Shown here piece by piece: positions 1 through 13,800 of a stretch of DNA of 64,000 nt. The position numbers and the translations under genes are program-made. Below the pieces are notes generated by a model that was not told the DNA's origin, searched no databases, and saw only the letters and a list, made by a program, of their open reading frames with translations. The stretch lies in NCBI RefSeq assembly GCF_009914755.1, contig NC_060933.1. One strand, written 5' to 3'. The stretch's first letter is position 1; every line of letters begins with the position of its first letter. Origin of the DNA: the human T2T-CHM13v2.0 reference genome, Homo sapiens.

Positions 1-1207
1 ATTCCATTCCATTCCATTCCGTTCCGTTCCATTCCATTCCATTCCATTCCATTCCGTTCCGCTCCATTCCATTCCATTCCATTCTATTCGAGTTAATTCC
101 ATTCCATTCCATTCGATTGCAATCGAGTTGATTCCATTCCATTCCATTCCATTCCATTCCATTCCATTCTATTCCATTCCATTCCCTTCCTTTCCATTCC
201 ATTCCATTCCATTCCATTCCATTCCATTCTATTCCGTTCCGTTCCACTCCATTCCATTCCATTCTATTTGGTTAATTCCATTCCATTCCATTCGATTGCA
301 ATCGAGTTGATTCCATTCCATTCCATTCCATTCCATTCCATTCCATTCCTTTCCATTCCATTACGGATGATTCCATTCCATTGCATTCCATTCCATTCCT
401 TTCCCCTGTACTCGGGTTGATTCCATTCCATTCCATTCCAATCCATGCCATTCCACTCGTGTTGATTCCATTCTTTCCATTCCATTCAAGTTGAATCCAT
501 TCCATTGCATTCCATTCCATTCGATTCCATTCGATTGCACTCGGGTTGATTCCATTCCTTTACATTCCATTCCATTCAACTCCATTCCATTCCATTCCAT
601 TCCGTTCCATTCCATTTCATTACATTCAGATTTATTCTATTCAATTCCCTTACACTCCATTATATTCCAATCCATTCTGGTTGTTTACATTCCATTCCAT
701 TCCATTTCACTCCTTTCCATTGCACTCGGGTTGATTCCATTCCATTCCATTCCATTGCATTCCATTCCATTCCATTCCGGATGATTCCATTCCATTGCAT
801 TCCATTCCATTCCATTCCCCTGCACTCGGGTTGATTCCATTCCATTCCATTCCATTACATTCCGTTCCATTCCATTCCATTCCATTCGGGTTGATTCTAT
901 TCAATTCCCTTACACTCCATTACATTCCATTCCATTCGGGTAGTTTCCATTCCATTCCATTCCATTCCTCTCCATTCCATTGCACTCGGGTTGATTCCAT
1001 TCCATTGCATTCCATTCCATTCCATTCAATTCCATTCCGTTCCATTCCATTCCATTACATTTGGATTGATTCTATTCAACTCCCTTACTCTCCATTACAT
1101 TCCATTCCATTCGGGTTGTTTCATTCCATTCCATTCCATTCCACTCCATTCCATTGCACTCGGGTTGATTCCATTCCATTCCATTCCATTCCATTCCATT
1201 CCATTCC

Positions 1208-1222
1208 ATTCCAGAAGATTCC
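1208..1222. promoter_or_regulatory. Perfect 3-unit heat-shock element motif aTTCc-aGAAg-aTTCc (also 7916-7930 and 14025-14039)
   Basis: Seen: ATTCCAGAAGATTCC matches nTTCn-nGAAn-nTTCn. Established: HSF1 trimers bind three inverted nGAAn units, and HSF1 is known to bind satellite III. Occupancy at this locus is not shown. Confidence 0.5.
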
Positions 1223-2799
1223 ATTCCATTGCATTCCATTCCATTCCATTCCCCTGCACTCGCGTTGATTCCATTCCATTCCATTCTATTCCATTCCATT
1301 CCCTTCCTTTCCGTTCCATTCCATTCCATTCCATTCCATTCCATTCCGTTCCGTTCCATTACATTCCATTCCATTCTATTCGGGTTAATTCCATTCCATT
1401 CCATTCGATTGCAATCGAGTTGATTCCATTCCATTCCATTCCATTCCATTCCATTCTATTCCTTTCCAGTCCATTACGGATGATTCCATTCCATTGCATT
1501 CCATTCCATTCCATTCCCCTGCACTGGCGTTGATTCCATTCCATTCCATTCCATTCCATTCCATTCCTTTCCGTTCCATTCCATTCCATTCCATTCCATT
1601 CCAATCCATTCCATTCCGTTCCGTTCCGTTCCATTCCATTCCATTCCATTCTATTCGGGTTAATTCCATTCCATTCCGTTCGATTGCAATCGAGTTGATT
1701 CCATTCCATTCAATTCCATTCCATTCCATTCCTTTCCATTCCATTACGGATGATTCCATTCCATTGCATTCCATTCCATTCCATTCCCCTGTACTCGGGT
1801 TGATTCCATTCCATTCCATTCCAATCCATGCCGTTCCACTCGTGTTGATTCCATTCTTTCCATTCCATTCAAGATGAATCCATTCCATTGCATTCCATTC
1901 CATTAAATTCCCCTGCAGTCGGGTTGTTTCCATTCCATTCCATTCCATTCTATTCCATTCCATTCCATTCCGTTCCGTTCCATTCCATTCCATTCCATTC
2001 TATTAGGTTTAATTCCATTCCATTCCATTACTTTCCATTACATTCCATTCCATTCCAATCGAGTTGATTCCATTCCATTCCATTCCATTCCATTCCATTC
2101 CACCCCATTCCAGTCCTTTCCATTCCATTCCACTCGGGTTGATTCCAATGTATTCCTTTCCATTCCATTCCATTCGATTGCAATCGAGTTGATTCCATTC
2201 CATTCCATTCCATTCCATTCCATTCCATTCCATTCCATTCCATTCCATTCCATTCCCCTGTACTCGGGTTGATTCCATTCCATTCCATTCCAATCCATGC
2301 CATTCCACTCGTGTTGATTCCATTCTTTCCATTCCATTCAAGTTGAATCCATTCCATTGCATTCCATTCCATTCGATTCCATTCGATTGCACTCGGGTTG
2401 ATTCCATTCCATTGCATTCCATTCCATTCCATTCCATTCCATTCCATTCCGTTCCATTCCATTCCATTACATTCGGATTGATTCTATTCAATTCCCTTAC
2501 ACTCCATTCCATTCCATTCCATTCGGGTAGTTTCCATTCCATTCCATTCCATTCCTCTCCTTTCCATTGCACTCGGGTTGATTCCATTCCATTGCATTCC
2601 ATTCCATTCCATTCAATTCCATTCCGTTCTATTCCATTCCATTACATTCGGATTGATTCTATTCAACTCCCTTACTTTCCATTACATTCCATTCCATTCG
2701 GGTTGTTCCATTCCATTCCATTCCATTCCACTCCATTCCATTGCACTCGGGTTGATTCCATTCCATTCCATTCCATTCCATTCCATTCCATTTCATTCC

Positions 2800-2814
2800 A
2801 TTCCGGAAGATTCC
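2800..2814. promoter_or_regulatory. Representative of the recurring HSE-type module aTTCc-gGAAg-aTTCc (roughly 45 copies across the window, manual count)
   Basis: Seen: ATTCCGGAAGATTCC at 2800, ~3892, ~6634, ~9503, ~10595, 15616, ~16708, ~19915, ~21627, 26926, 30021, 35871, 39031, 44386, 46566, 54101, 59191, 62341, ~63628 and others. This is a motif match only. Confidence 0.45.
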
Positions 2815-5209
2815 ATTGCATTGCATTCCATTCCATTCCATTCCCCTGCACTCGTGTTTATTCCATTCCATTCCATTCTATTCCATTCCATTCCCTTCCT
2901 TTCCATTCCATTCCATGCCATTCCATTCCATTCTATTCCGTTCCGTTCCACTCCATTCCATTCCATTCTATTTGGTTAATTCCATTCCATTCCATTCGAT
3001 TGCAATCGAGTTGATTCCATTCCATTCCATTCCATTCCATTCCATTCCATTCCTTTCCATTCCATTACGGATGATTCCATTCCATTGCATTCCATTCCAT
3101 TCCTTTCCCCTGTACTCGGGTTGATTCCATTCCATTCCATTCCAATCCATGCCATTCCACTCGTGTTGATTCCATTCTTTCCATTCCATTCAAGTTGAAT
3201 CCATTCCATTGCATTCCATTCCATTCGATTCCATTCGATTGCACTCAGGTTAATTCCATTCCTTTGCATTCCATTCCATTCCATTCCATTCCATTCCATT
3301 CCGTTCCATTCCATTTCATTACATTCAGATTTATTCTATTCAATTCCCTTACACTCCATTATATTCCAATCCATTCTGGTTGTTTCCATTCCATTCCATT
3401 CCATTTCACTCCTTTCCATTGCACTCGGGTTGATTCCATTCCATTCCATTCCATTGCATTCCATTCCATTCCATTCCGGATGATTCCATTCCATTGCATT
3501 CCATTCCATTCCATTCCCCTGCACTCGGGTTGATTCCATTCCATTCCATTCCATTACATTCCGTTCCATTCCATTCCATTCCATTCGGATTGATTCTATT
3601 CAATTCCCTTACACTCCATTACATTCCATTCCATTCGGGTAGTTTCCATTCCATTCCATTCCATTCCTCTCCATTCCATTGCACTCGGGTTGATTCCATT
3701 CCATTGCATTCCATTCCATTCCATTAAATTCCATTCCGTTCCATTCCATTCCATTACATTTGGATTGATTCTATTCAACTCCCTTACTCTCCATTACACT
3801 CCATTCCATTCGGGTTGTTTCATTCCATTCCATTCCATTCCACTCCATTCCATTGCACTCGGGATGATTCCATTCCATTCCATTCCATTCCATTCCGGAA
3901 GATTCCATTCCATTGCATTCCATTCCATTCCATTCCCCTGCACTCGCGTTGATTCCATTCCATTCCATTCTATTCCATTCCATTTCCTTCCTTTCCGTTC
4001 CATTCCATTCCATTCCATTCCATTCCATTCCGTTCCGTTCCATTACATTCCATTCCATTCTATTCGGGTTAATTCCATTCCATTCCATTCGATTGCAATC
4101 GAGTTGATTCCATTCCATTCCATTCCATTCCATTCCATTCTATTCCTTTCCATTCCATTACGGATGATTCCATTCCATTGCATTCCATTCCATTCCATTC
4201 CCCTGCACTGGCGTTGATTCCATTGCATTCCATTCCATTCCATTCCATTCCTTTCCGTTCCATTCCATTCCATTCCATTCCATTCCAATCCATTCCATTC
4301 CGTTCCGTTCCGTTCCATTCCATTCCATTCCATTCTATTCGGGTTAATTCCATTCCATTCCGTTCGATTGCAATCGAGTTGATTCCATTCCATTCCATTC
4401 CATTCCATTCCATTCCTTTCCATTCCATTACGGATGATTCCATTCCATTGCATTCCATTCCATTCCATTCCCCTGTACTCGGGTTGATTCCATTCCATTC
4501 CATTCCATTCCATTCCATTCCATTCCTTTCCGTTCCATTCCATTCCATTCCATTCCATTCCATTCCAATGCATTCCATTCCGTTCCGTTCCGTTCCATTC
4601 CATTCCATTCTATTCGGGTTAATTCCATTCCATTTCATTCCATTCCATTCCATTCCATTCCATTCCATTCCAATCGGGTTGATTCCATTCCATTCCATTC
4701 CATTCCATTCCATTCCTTTCCGTTCCATTCCATTCCATTCCATTCCATTCCTTTCCATTCCATTACGGATGATTCCATTCCATTGCATTCCATTCCATTC
4801 CATTCCCCTGTACTCGGGTTGATTCCATTCCATTCCATTCCAATCCATGCCATTCCACTCGTGTTGATTCCATTCTTTCCATTCCATTCAAGTTGAATCC
4901 ATTCCATTGCATTCCATTCCATTAAATTCCCCTGCAGTCGGGTTGTTTCCATTCCATTCCATTCCATTCCATTCCATTCCGGATGATTCCATTCCATTGC
5001 ATTCCATTCCATTCCATTCCCTTGCACTCGGGTTGATTCCATTCCATTCCACTCCATTCCGTTCCATTCCATTCCATTGCATTGTATTCGGGTTAATTCC
5101 ATTCCATTCCATTCCATTCCATTCCATTCCATTCCATTCCATTCCTTTCCATTACAATCGAGTTGATTCCATTCCATTCCATTCCATTCCAGTCCTTTCC
5201 ATTCCATTC

Positions 5210-5335
5210 CACTCGGGTTGATTCCATTCTATTAGTTTCCATTCCATTCCATTCCCTTCCATTCCACTCTGGTTGATTCCATTCCTTTCCATTCCACTCG
5301 AATACATTCCCTCCTATTCCACTCGGAACGATTCC
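5210..5335 (+). other. Landmark module CTATTAGTTTCC...CTCTGGTTG...CTCGAATACATTCCCTCCTATTCCACTCGGAACG
   Basis: Core GAATACATTCCCTCCTATTCC seen at ~5300, 6280, 11993, 18385, 20917, 22610, 28842, 29007, 31798, 40139, 40304, 42217 and 57401, with irregular spacing. Confidence 0.85.
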
Positions 5336-7889
5336 ATTCCATTCCATTCCATTCCATTCCATTCCATTCCATTCCATTCCTTTCCGTTCCATTCCATTCC
5401 ATTCCATTCCATTCCAATCCATTCCATTCCGTTCCGTTCCGTTCCATTCCATTCCATTCCATTCTATTCGGGTTAATTCCATTCCATTCCATTCGATTGC
5501 AATCGAGTTGATTCCATTCCATTCCATTCCATTCCATTCCATTCCATTCCATTCCTTTCCATTCCATTACGGATGATTCCATTCCATTGCATTCCATTCC
5601 ATTCCATTCCCCTGTACTCTTGTTGATTCCATTCCATTCCATTCCAATCCATGCCATTCCACTCGTGTTGATTCCATTCTTTCCATTCCATTCAAGTTGA
5701 ATCCATTCCATTGCATTCCCTTCCATTCCATTCCCCTGCAGTCGGGTTGATTCCATTCCATTCCATTCCATTCCGTTCCAATCCATTCCATTCCGTTCTG
5801 TTCCATTCCATTGCATTCCATTCTATTCGGGTTAATTCCATTCCATTCCATTCCATTCCAATCGAGTTGATTCCATTCGATTCCATTCCATTCCATTCCA
5901 CTCCATTCCAGTCCTTTCCATTCCATTCCACTCGGGTTGATTCCAATGTATTCCTTTCCATTCCATTCCATTCCACTGCAATCGAGTTGATTCCATTGTT
6001 TTGCATTCCATTCCATTCCATTCCATTCCGGGTGATTCCATTCCATTGCATTCCATTCCATTCCATTCCCCTGCACTCGGGTTGATTCCATTCCATTCCA
6101 CTGCATTCCATTCCATTCCATTCCATTCCATTACAATCGAGTTGATTCCATTCCATTCCATTCCATTCCAGTCCTTTCCATTCCATTCCACTCGGTTTGA
6201 TTCCATTCCATTAGTTTCCATTCCATTTCGTTTCCTTCCATTCCACTCTGGTTGATTCCATTCCTTTCCATTCCACTCGAATACATTCCCTCCTATTCCA
6301 CTTGGAACTATTCCATTCCATTCCATTCCATTCCCCTGCAGTCGGGTTGTTTCCATTCCATTCCATTCCATTCCATTCCATTCCATTCCTCTCCATTCCA
6401 TTGCACTCGGGTTGATTCCATTCCATTGCATTCCATTCCATTCCATTCAATTCCATTCCGTTCCATTCCATTCCATTACATTCGGATTGATTCTATTCAC
6501 CTCCCTTACTCTCCATTACATTCCATTCCATTCGGGTTGTTCCATTCCAATCCATTCCATTCCACTCCATTCCATTGCACTCGGGTTGATTCCATTCCAT
6601 TCCATTCCATTCCATTCCATTCCATTCCATTGCATTCCGGAAGATTCCATTCCATTGCATTCCATTCCATTCCATTCCCCTGCACTCGGGTTGATTCCAT
6701 TCCATTCCATTCCATTCCATTCCATTCCGTTCCGTTCCATTCCATTCCATTCCATTCCATTCCGTTCCGCTCCATTCCATTCCATTCCATTCTATTCGAG
6801 TTAATTCCATTCCATTCCATTCGATTGCAATCGAGTTGATTCCATTCCATTCCATTCCATTCCATTCCATTCCATTCTATTCCATTCCATTCCCTTCCTT
6901 TCCATTCCATTCCATTCCATTCCATTCCATTCCATTCTATTCCGTTCCGTTCCACTCCATTCCATTCCATTCTATTTGGTTAATTCCATTCCATTCCATT
7001 CGATTGCAATCGAGTTGATTCCATTCCATTCCATTCCATTCCATTCCATTCCATTCCTTTCCATTCCATTACGGATGATTCCATTCCATTGCATTCCATT
7101 CCATTCCTTTCCCCTGTACTCGGGTTGATTCCATTCCATTCCATTCCAATCCATGCCATTCCACTCGTGTTGATTCCATTCTTTCCATTCCATTCAAGTT
7201 GAATCCATTCCATTGCATTCCATTCCATTCGATTCCATTCGATTGCACTCGGGTTGATTCCATTCCTTTACATTCCATTCCATTCAACTCCATTCCATTC
7301 CATTCCATTCCGTTCCATTCCATTTCATTACATTCAGATTTATTCTATTCAATTCCCTTACACTCCATTATATTCCAATCCATTCTGGTTGTTTACATTC
7401 CATTCCATTCCATTTCACTCCTTTCCATTGCACTCGGGTTGATTCCATTCCATTCCATTCCATTGCATTCCATTCCATTCCATTCCGGATGATTCCATTC
7501 CATTGCATTCCATTCCATTCCATTCCCCTGCACTCGGGTTGATTCCATTCCATTCCATTCCATTACATTCCGTTCCATTCCATTCCATTCCATTCGGGTT
7601 GATTCTATTCAATTCCCTTACACTCCATTACATTCCATTCCATTCGGGTAGTTTCCATTCCATTCCATTCCATTCCTCTCCATTCCATTGCACTCGGGTT
7701 GATTCCATTCCATTGCATTCCATTCCATTCCATTCAATTCCATTCCGTTCCATTCCATTCCATTACATTTGGATTGATTCTATTCAACTCCCTTACTCTC
7801 CATTACATTCCATTCCATTCGGGTTGTTTCATTCCATTCCATTCCATTCCACTCCATTCCATTGCACTCGGGTTGATTCCATTCCATTC

Positions 7890-10800
7890 CATTCCATTCC
7901 ATTCCATTCCATTCCATTCCAGAAGATTCCATTCCATTGCATTCCATTCCATTCCATTCCCCTGCACTCGCGTTGATTCCATTCCATTCCATTCTATTCC
8001 ATTCCATTCCCTTCCTTTCCGTTCCATTCCATTCCATTCCATTCCATTCCATTCCGTTCCGTTCCATTACATTCCATTCCATTCTATTCGGGTTAATTCC
8101 ATTCCATTCCATTCGATTGCAATCGAGTTGATTCCATTCCATTCCATTCCATTCCATTCCATTCTATTCCTTTCCAGTCCATTACGGATGATTCCATTCC
8201 ATTGCATTCCATTCCATTCCATTCCCCTGCACTGGCGTTGATTCCATTCCATTCCATTCCATTCCATTCCATTCCTTTCCGTTCCATTCCATTCCATTCC
8301 ATTCCATTCCAATCCATTCCATTCCGTTCCGTTCCGTTCCATTCCATTCCATTCCATTCTATTCGGGTTAATTCCATTCCATTCCGTTCGATTGCAATCG
8401 AGTTGATTCCATTCCATTCAATTCCATTCCATTCCATTCCTTTCCATTCCATTACGGATGATTCCATTCCATTGCATTCCATTCCATTCCATTCCCCTGT
8501 ACTCGGGTTGATTCCATTCCATTCCATTCCAATCCATGCCGTTCCACTCGTGTTGATTCCATTCTTTCCATTCCATTCAAGATGAATCCATTCCATTGCA
8601 TTCCATTCCATTAAATTCCCCTGCAGTCGGGTTGTTTCCATTCCATTCCATTCCATTCTATTCCATTCCATTCCATTCCCTTCCGTTCCATTCCATTCCA
8701 TTCCATTCTATTAGGTTTAATTCCATTCCATTCCATTACTTTCCATTACATTCCATTCCATTCCAATCGAGTTGATTCCATTCCATTCCATTCCATTCCA
8801 TTCCATTCCACCCCATTCCAGTCCTTTCCATTCCATTCCACTCGGGTTGATTCCAATGTATTCCTTTCCATTCCATTCCATTCGATTGCAATCGAGTTGA
8901 TTCCATTCCATTCCATTCCATTCCATTCCATTCCATTCCATTCCATTCCATTCCATTCCCCTGTACTCGGGTTGATTCCATTCCATTCCATTCCAATCCA
9001 TGCCATTCCACTCGTGTTGATTCCATTCTTTCCATTCCATTCAAGTTGAATCCATTCCATTGCATTCCATTCCATTCGATTCCATTCGATTGCACTCGGG
9101 TTGATTCCATTCCATTGCATTCCATTCCATTCCATTCCATTCCATTCCATTCCGTTCCATTCCATTCCATTACATTCGGATTGATTCTATTCAATTCCCT
9201 TACACTCCATTCCATTCCATTCCATTCGGGTAGTTTCCATTCCATTCCATTCCATTCCTCTCCTTTCCATTGCACTCGGGTTGATTCCATTCCATTGCAT
9301 TCCATTCCATTCCATTCAATTCCATTCCGTTCTATTCCATTCCATTACATTCGGATTGATTCTATTCAACTCCCTTACTTTCCATTACATTCCATTCCAT
9401 TCGGGTTGTTCCATTCCATTCCATTCCATTCCACTCCATTCCATTGCACTCGGGTTGATTCCATTCCATTCCATTCCATTCCATTCCATTCCATTTCATT
9501 CCATTCCGGAAGATTCCATTGCATTGCATTCCATTCCATTCCATTCCCCTGCACTCGTGTTTATTCCATTCCATTCCATTCTATTCCATTCCATTCCCTT
9601 CCTTTCCATTCCATTCCATGCCATTCCATTCCATTCTATTCCGTTCCGTTCCACTCCATTCCATTCCATTCTATTTGGTTAATTCCATTCCATTCCATTC
9701 GATTGCAATCGAGTTGATTCCATTCCATTCCATTCCATTCCATTCCATTCCATTCCTTTCCATTCCATTACGGATGATTCCATTCCATTGCATTCCATTC
9801 CATTCCTTTCCCCTGTACTCGGGTTGATTCCATTCCATTCCATTCCAATCCATGCCATTCCACTCGTGTTGATTCCATTCTTTCCATTCCATTCAAGTTG
9901 AATCCATTCCATTGCATTCCATTCCATTCGATTCCATTCGATTGCACTCAGGTTAATTCCATTCCTTTGCATTCCATTCCATTCCATTCCATTCCATTCC
10001 ATTCCGTTCCATTCCATTTCATTACATTCAGATTTATTCTATTCAATTCCCTTACACTCCATTATATTCCAATCCATTCTGGTTGTTTCCATTCCATTCC
10101 ATTCCATTTCACTCCTTTCCATTGCACTCGGGTTGATTCCATTCCATTCCATTCCATTGCATTCCATTCCATTCCATTCCGGATGATTCCATTCCATTGC
10201 ATTCCATTCCATTCCATTCCCCTGCACTCGGGTTGATTCCATTCCATTCCATTCCATTATATTCCGTTCCATTCCATTCCATTCCATTCGGATTGATTCT
10301 ATTCAATTCCCTTACACTCCATTACATTCCATTCCATTCGGGTAGTTTCCATTCCATTCCATTCCATTCCTCTCCATTCCATTGCACTCGGGTTGATTCC
10401 ATTCCATTGCATTCCATTCCATTCCATTAAATTCCATTCCGTTCCATTCCATTCCATTACATTTGGATTGATTCTATTCAACTCCCTTACTCTCCATTAC
10501 ACTCCATTCCATTCGGGTTGTTTCATTCCATTCCATTCCATTCCACTCCATTCCATTGCACTCGGGATGATTCCATTCCATTCCATTCCATTCCATTCCG
10601 GAAGATTCCATTCCATTGCATTCCATTCCATTCCATTCCCCTGCACTCGCGTTGATTCCATTCCATTCCATTCTATTCCATTCCATTTCCTTCCTTTCCG
10701 TTCCATTCCATTCCATTCCATTCCATTCCATTCCGTTCCGTTCCATTACATTCCATTCCATTCTATTCGGGTTAATTCCATTCCATTCCATTCGATTGCA

Positions 10801-13800
10801 ATCGAGTTGATTCCATTCCATTCCATTCCATTCCATTCCATTCTATTCCTTTCCATTCCATTACGGATGATTCCATTCCATTGCATTCCATTCCATTCCA
10901 TTCCCCTGCACTGGCGTTGATTCCATTGCATTCCATTCCATTCCATTCCATTCCTTTCCGTTCCATTCCATTCCATTCCATTCCATTCCAATCCATTCCA
11001 TTCCGTTCCGTTCCGTTCCATTCCATTCCATTCCATTCTATTCGGGTTAATTCCATTCCATTCCGTTCGATTGCAATCGAGTTGATTCCATTCCATTCCA
11101 TTCCATTCCATTCCATTCCTTTCCATTCCATTACGGATGATTCCATTCCATTGCATTCCATTCCATTCCATTCCCCTGTACTCGGGTTGATTCCATTCCA
11201 TTCCATTCCATTCCATTCCATTCCATTCCTTTCCGTTCCATTCCATTCCATTCCATTCCATTCCATTCCAATGCATTCCATTCCGTTCCGTTCCGTTCCA
11301 TTCCATTCCATTCTATTCGGGTTAATTCCATTCCATTTCATTCCATTCCATTCCATTCCATTCCATTCCATTCCAATCGGGTTGATTCCATTCCATTCCA
11401 TTCCATTCCATTCCATTCCTTTCCGTTCCATTCCATTCCATTCCATTCCTTTCCATTCCATTACGGATGATTCCATTCCATTGCATTCCATTCCATTCCA
11501 TTCCCCTGTACTCGGGTTGATTCCATTCCATTCCATTCCAATCCATGCCATTCCACTCGTGTTGATTCCATTCTTTCCATTCCATTCAAGTTGAATCCAT
11601 TCCATTGCATTCCATTCCATTAAATTCCCCTGCAGTCGGGTTGTTTCCATTCCATTCCATTCCATTCCATTCCATTCCGGATGATTCCATTCCATTGCAT
11701 TCCATTCCATTCCATTCCCTTGCACTCGGGTTGATTCCATTCCATTCCACTCCATTCCGTTCCATTCCATTCCATTGCATTGTATTCGGGTTAATTCCAT
11801 TCCATTCCATTCCATTCCATTCCATTCCATTCCATTCCTTTCCATTACAATCGAGTTGATTCCATTCCATTCCATTCCATTCCAGTCCTTTCCATTCCAT
11901 TCCACTCGGGTTGATTCCATTCTATTAGTTTCCATTCCATTCCATTCCCTTCCATTCCACTCTGGTTGATTCCATTCCTTTCCATTCCACTCGAATACAT
12001 TCCCTCCTATTCCACTCGGAACGATTCCATTCCATTCCATTCCATTCCATTCCATTCCATTCCATTCCATTCCATTCCATTTCGTTCCATTCCATTCTAT
12101 TCCGTATCATTCCATTCCATTCCATTGCATTCCATCCCATTCCATTCCATTCCATTCCATTCCATTCCATTGTACTCGGGTTGATTCAATTCCATTGCAT
12201 TCCATTCCATTCCATTCCGTTGCATTCCATTCCATTACATTCGGATTGATTCTATTAAACTCCCTTACTCTCCATTACATTCCATTCCATTCGGGTTGTT
12301 CCATTCCATTCCATTCCATTCCACTCCATTCCATTGCACTCGGGTTGATTCCATTCCATTCCATTCCTTTCCGGATGATTCCGTTCCATTGTATTCCGTT
12401 GCATTACATTCCCCTGCACTCGCGTTGATTCCATTCCATTCCGTTCCATTCCATTCAATTCCATTCCATTACTATTCGTTCCATTCCATTCTATTCCGTA
12501 CCATTCCATTCCATTCCATACCATACCATTCCATTCCATTCCATTCCATTCCATTCCATTCCATTTTATTCGGATTAATTCCATTCCATTCCATTCCATT
12601 CCATTCTATTCCATTCCATTGCAATCGAGTTGAATCCATTGCATTTCATTCCATTCCATTGCATTCCATTCCATTCCGGAAGATTCCATTCCATTGCATT
12701 CCATTCCATTCCATTCCTCTGCACTCGCGTTGATTCCATTCCATTCCATTCCATTCCATTCCATTCCGTTCCGTTCCGTTCCATTCCATTCCACTCCATT
12801 CCGTTCCGTTCCATTCCATTCCATTCCATTCTATTCGGGTTAATTACATTCCATTCCATTCGATTGCAATCGAGTTGATTCCATTCCATTCCATTCCATT
12901 CCATTCCATTCCATTCCATTCCTTTCCATTCCATTACGGATGATTCCATTCCATTGCATTCCATTCCATTCCATTCCCCTGTACTCGGGTTGATTCCATT
13001 CCATTCCATTCCAATCCATGCCATTCCACTCGTGTTGATACCATTCTTTCCATTCCATTCAAGTTGAATCCATTCCATTGCATTCCATTCCATTCGATTC
13101 CATTCGATTGTACTCGGGTTGATTCCATTCCATTGCATTCCATTCCATTCCATTCCATTCCATTCCATTCCATTCCATTCCGTTCAATTCCATTCCATTA
13201 CATTCGGATTTATTCTATTCAATTCCCTTACACTCCATTACATTCCATTCCATTCGGGTAGTTTCCATTCCATTCCATTCCATTCCTCTCCATTCCATTG
13301 CACTCGGGTTGATTCCATTCCATTGCATTCCATTCCATTCCATTCAATTCCATTCCGTTCCATTCCATTCCATTACATTCGGATTGATTCTATTCAACTC
13401 CCTTACTCTCCATTACATTCCATTCCATTCGGGTTGTTCCATTCCATTCCATTCCATTCCACTCCATTCCATTGCACTCGTGTTGATTCCATTCCATTCC
13501 ATTCCATTCCATTCCTTTCCGGAAGATTCCATTCCATTGCATTCCATTCCATTCCATTCCCCTGCACTCGCGTTGATTCCATTCCATTCCATTCCACTCC
13601 ATTGCATTCCATTCCATTCCTTTCCGTTCCATTCCATTCCATTCCATGCCATTCCAATCCATTCCATTCCGTTCCGTTCCGTTCCATTCCATTCCATTCC
13701 ATTCTATTCGGGTTAATTCCATTCCATTCCATTCGATTGCAATCGAGTTGATTCCATTCCATTCCATTCCATTCCATTCCATTCCATTCCATTCCTTTCC

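Larger units (their letters stand above)
130..4960 (+). repeat. Older ~2.7 kb internal duplication inside the 6.7 kb unit (~130-1800 vs ~2850-4490; also ~6840-8510 vs ~9550-11190)
   Basis: ORF pairs 264/2968 (2704), 660/3359 (2699), 991/3690 (2699), 1494/4178 (2684). Shared TCTATTTGGTTAA, TTCAGATTTATTCT, TACATTTGGATTG and GCACTGGCGTTG, with more mismatches than the 6.7 kb pair. Confidence 0.88.
1..12075 (+). repeat. Near-identical ~6.7 kb-offset tandem duplication (1-~5375 repeated at 6709-~12075)
   Basis: Identical ORF translations at offsets of 6708 and 6703 (128 vs 6836, 991 vs 7699, 2343 vs 9046, 3690 vs 10393), and a matching ORF start at 6698 (4907 vs 11605). Shared rare variants: CCGCTCC (~59/6767), CCAGAAG (1211/7919), CAAGATGAAT (~1870/8578), TATTAGGTTT (~2001/8709). 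Confidence 0.93.

Noticed and set aside
515-540. CATTCGATTCCATTCGATTG, resembling HSat2
   Set aside because: It occurs only as a short module within a CATTC-dominated array. The HSat2 pattern of continuous CATTCGATTC with ATGATG is absent.
1-12075. The 6.7 kb duplication as a pure assembly artefact
   Set aside because: The copies differ by SNVs (e.g. ~1971 G vs ~8680 C; ~3557 C vs ~10260 T) and by pentamer counts, and they diverge structurally after ~5375/12075. This favours a real duplication, though read support is still needed.
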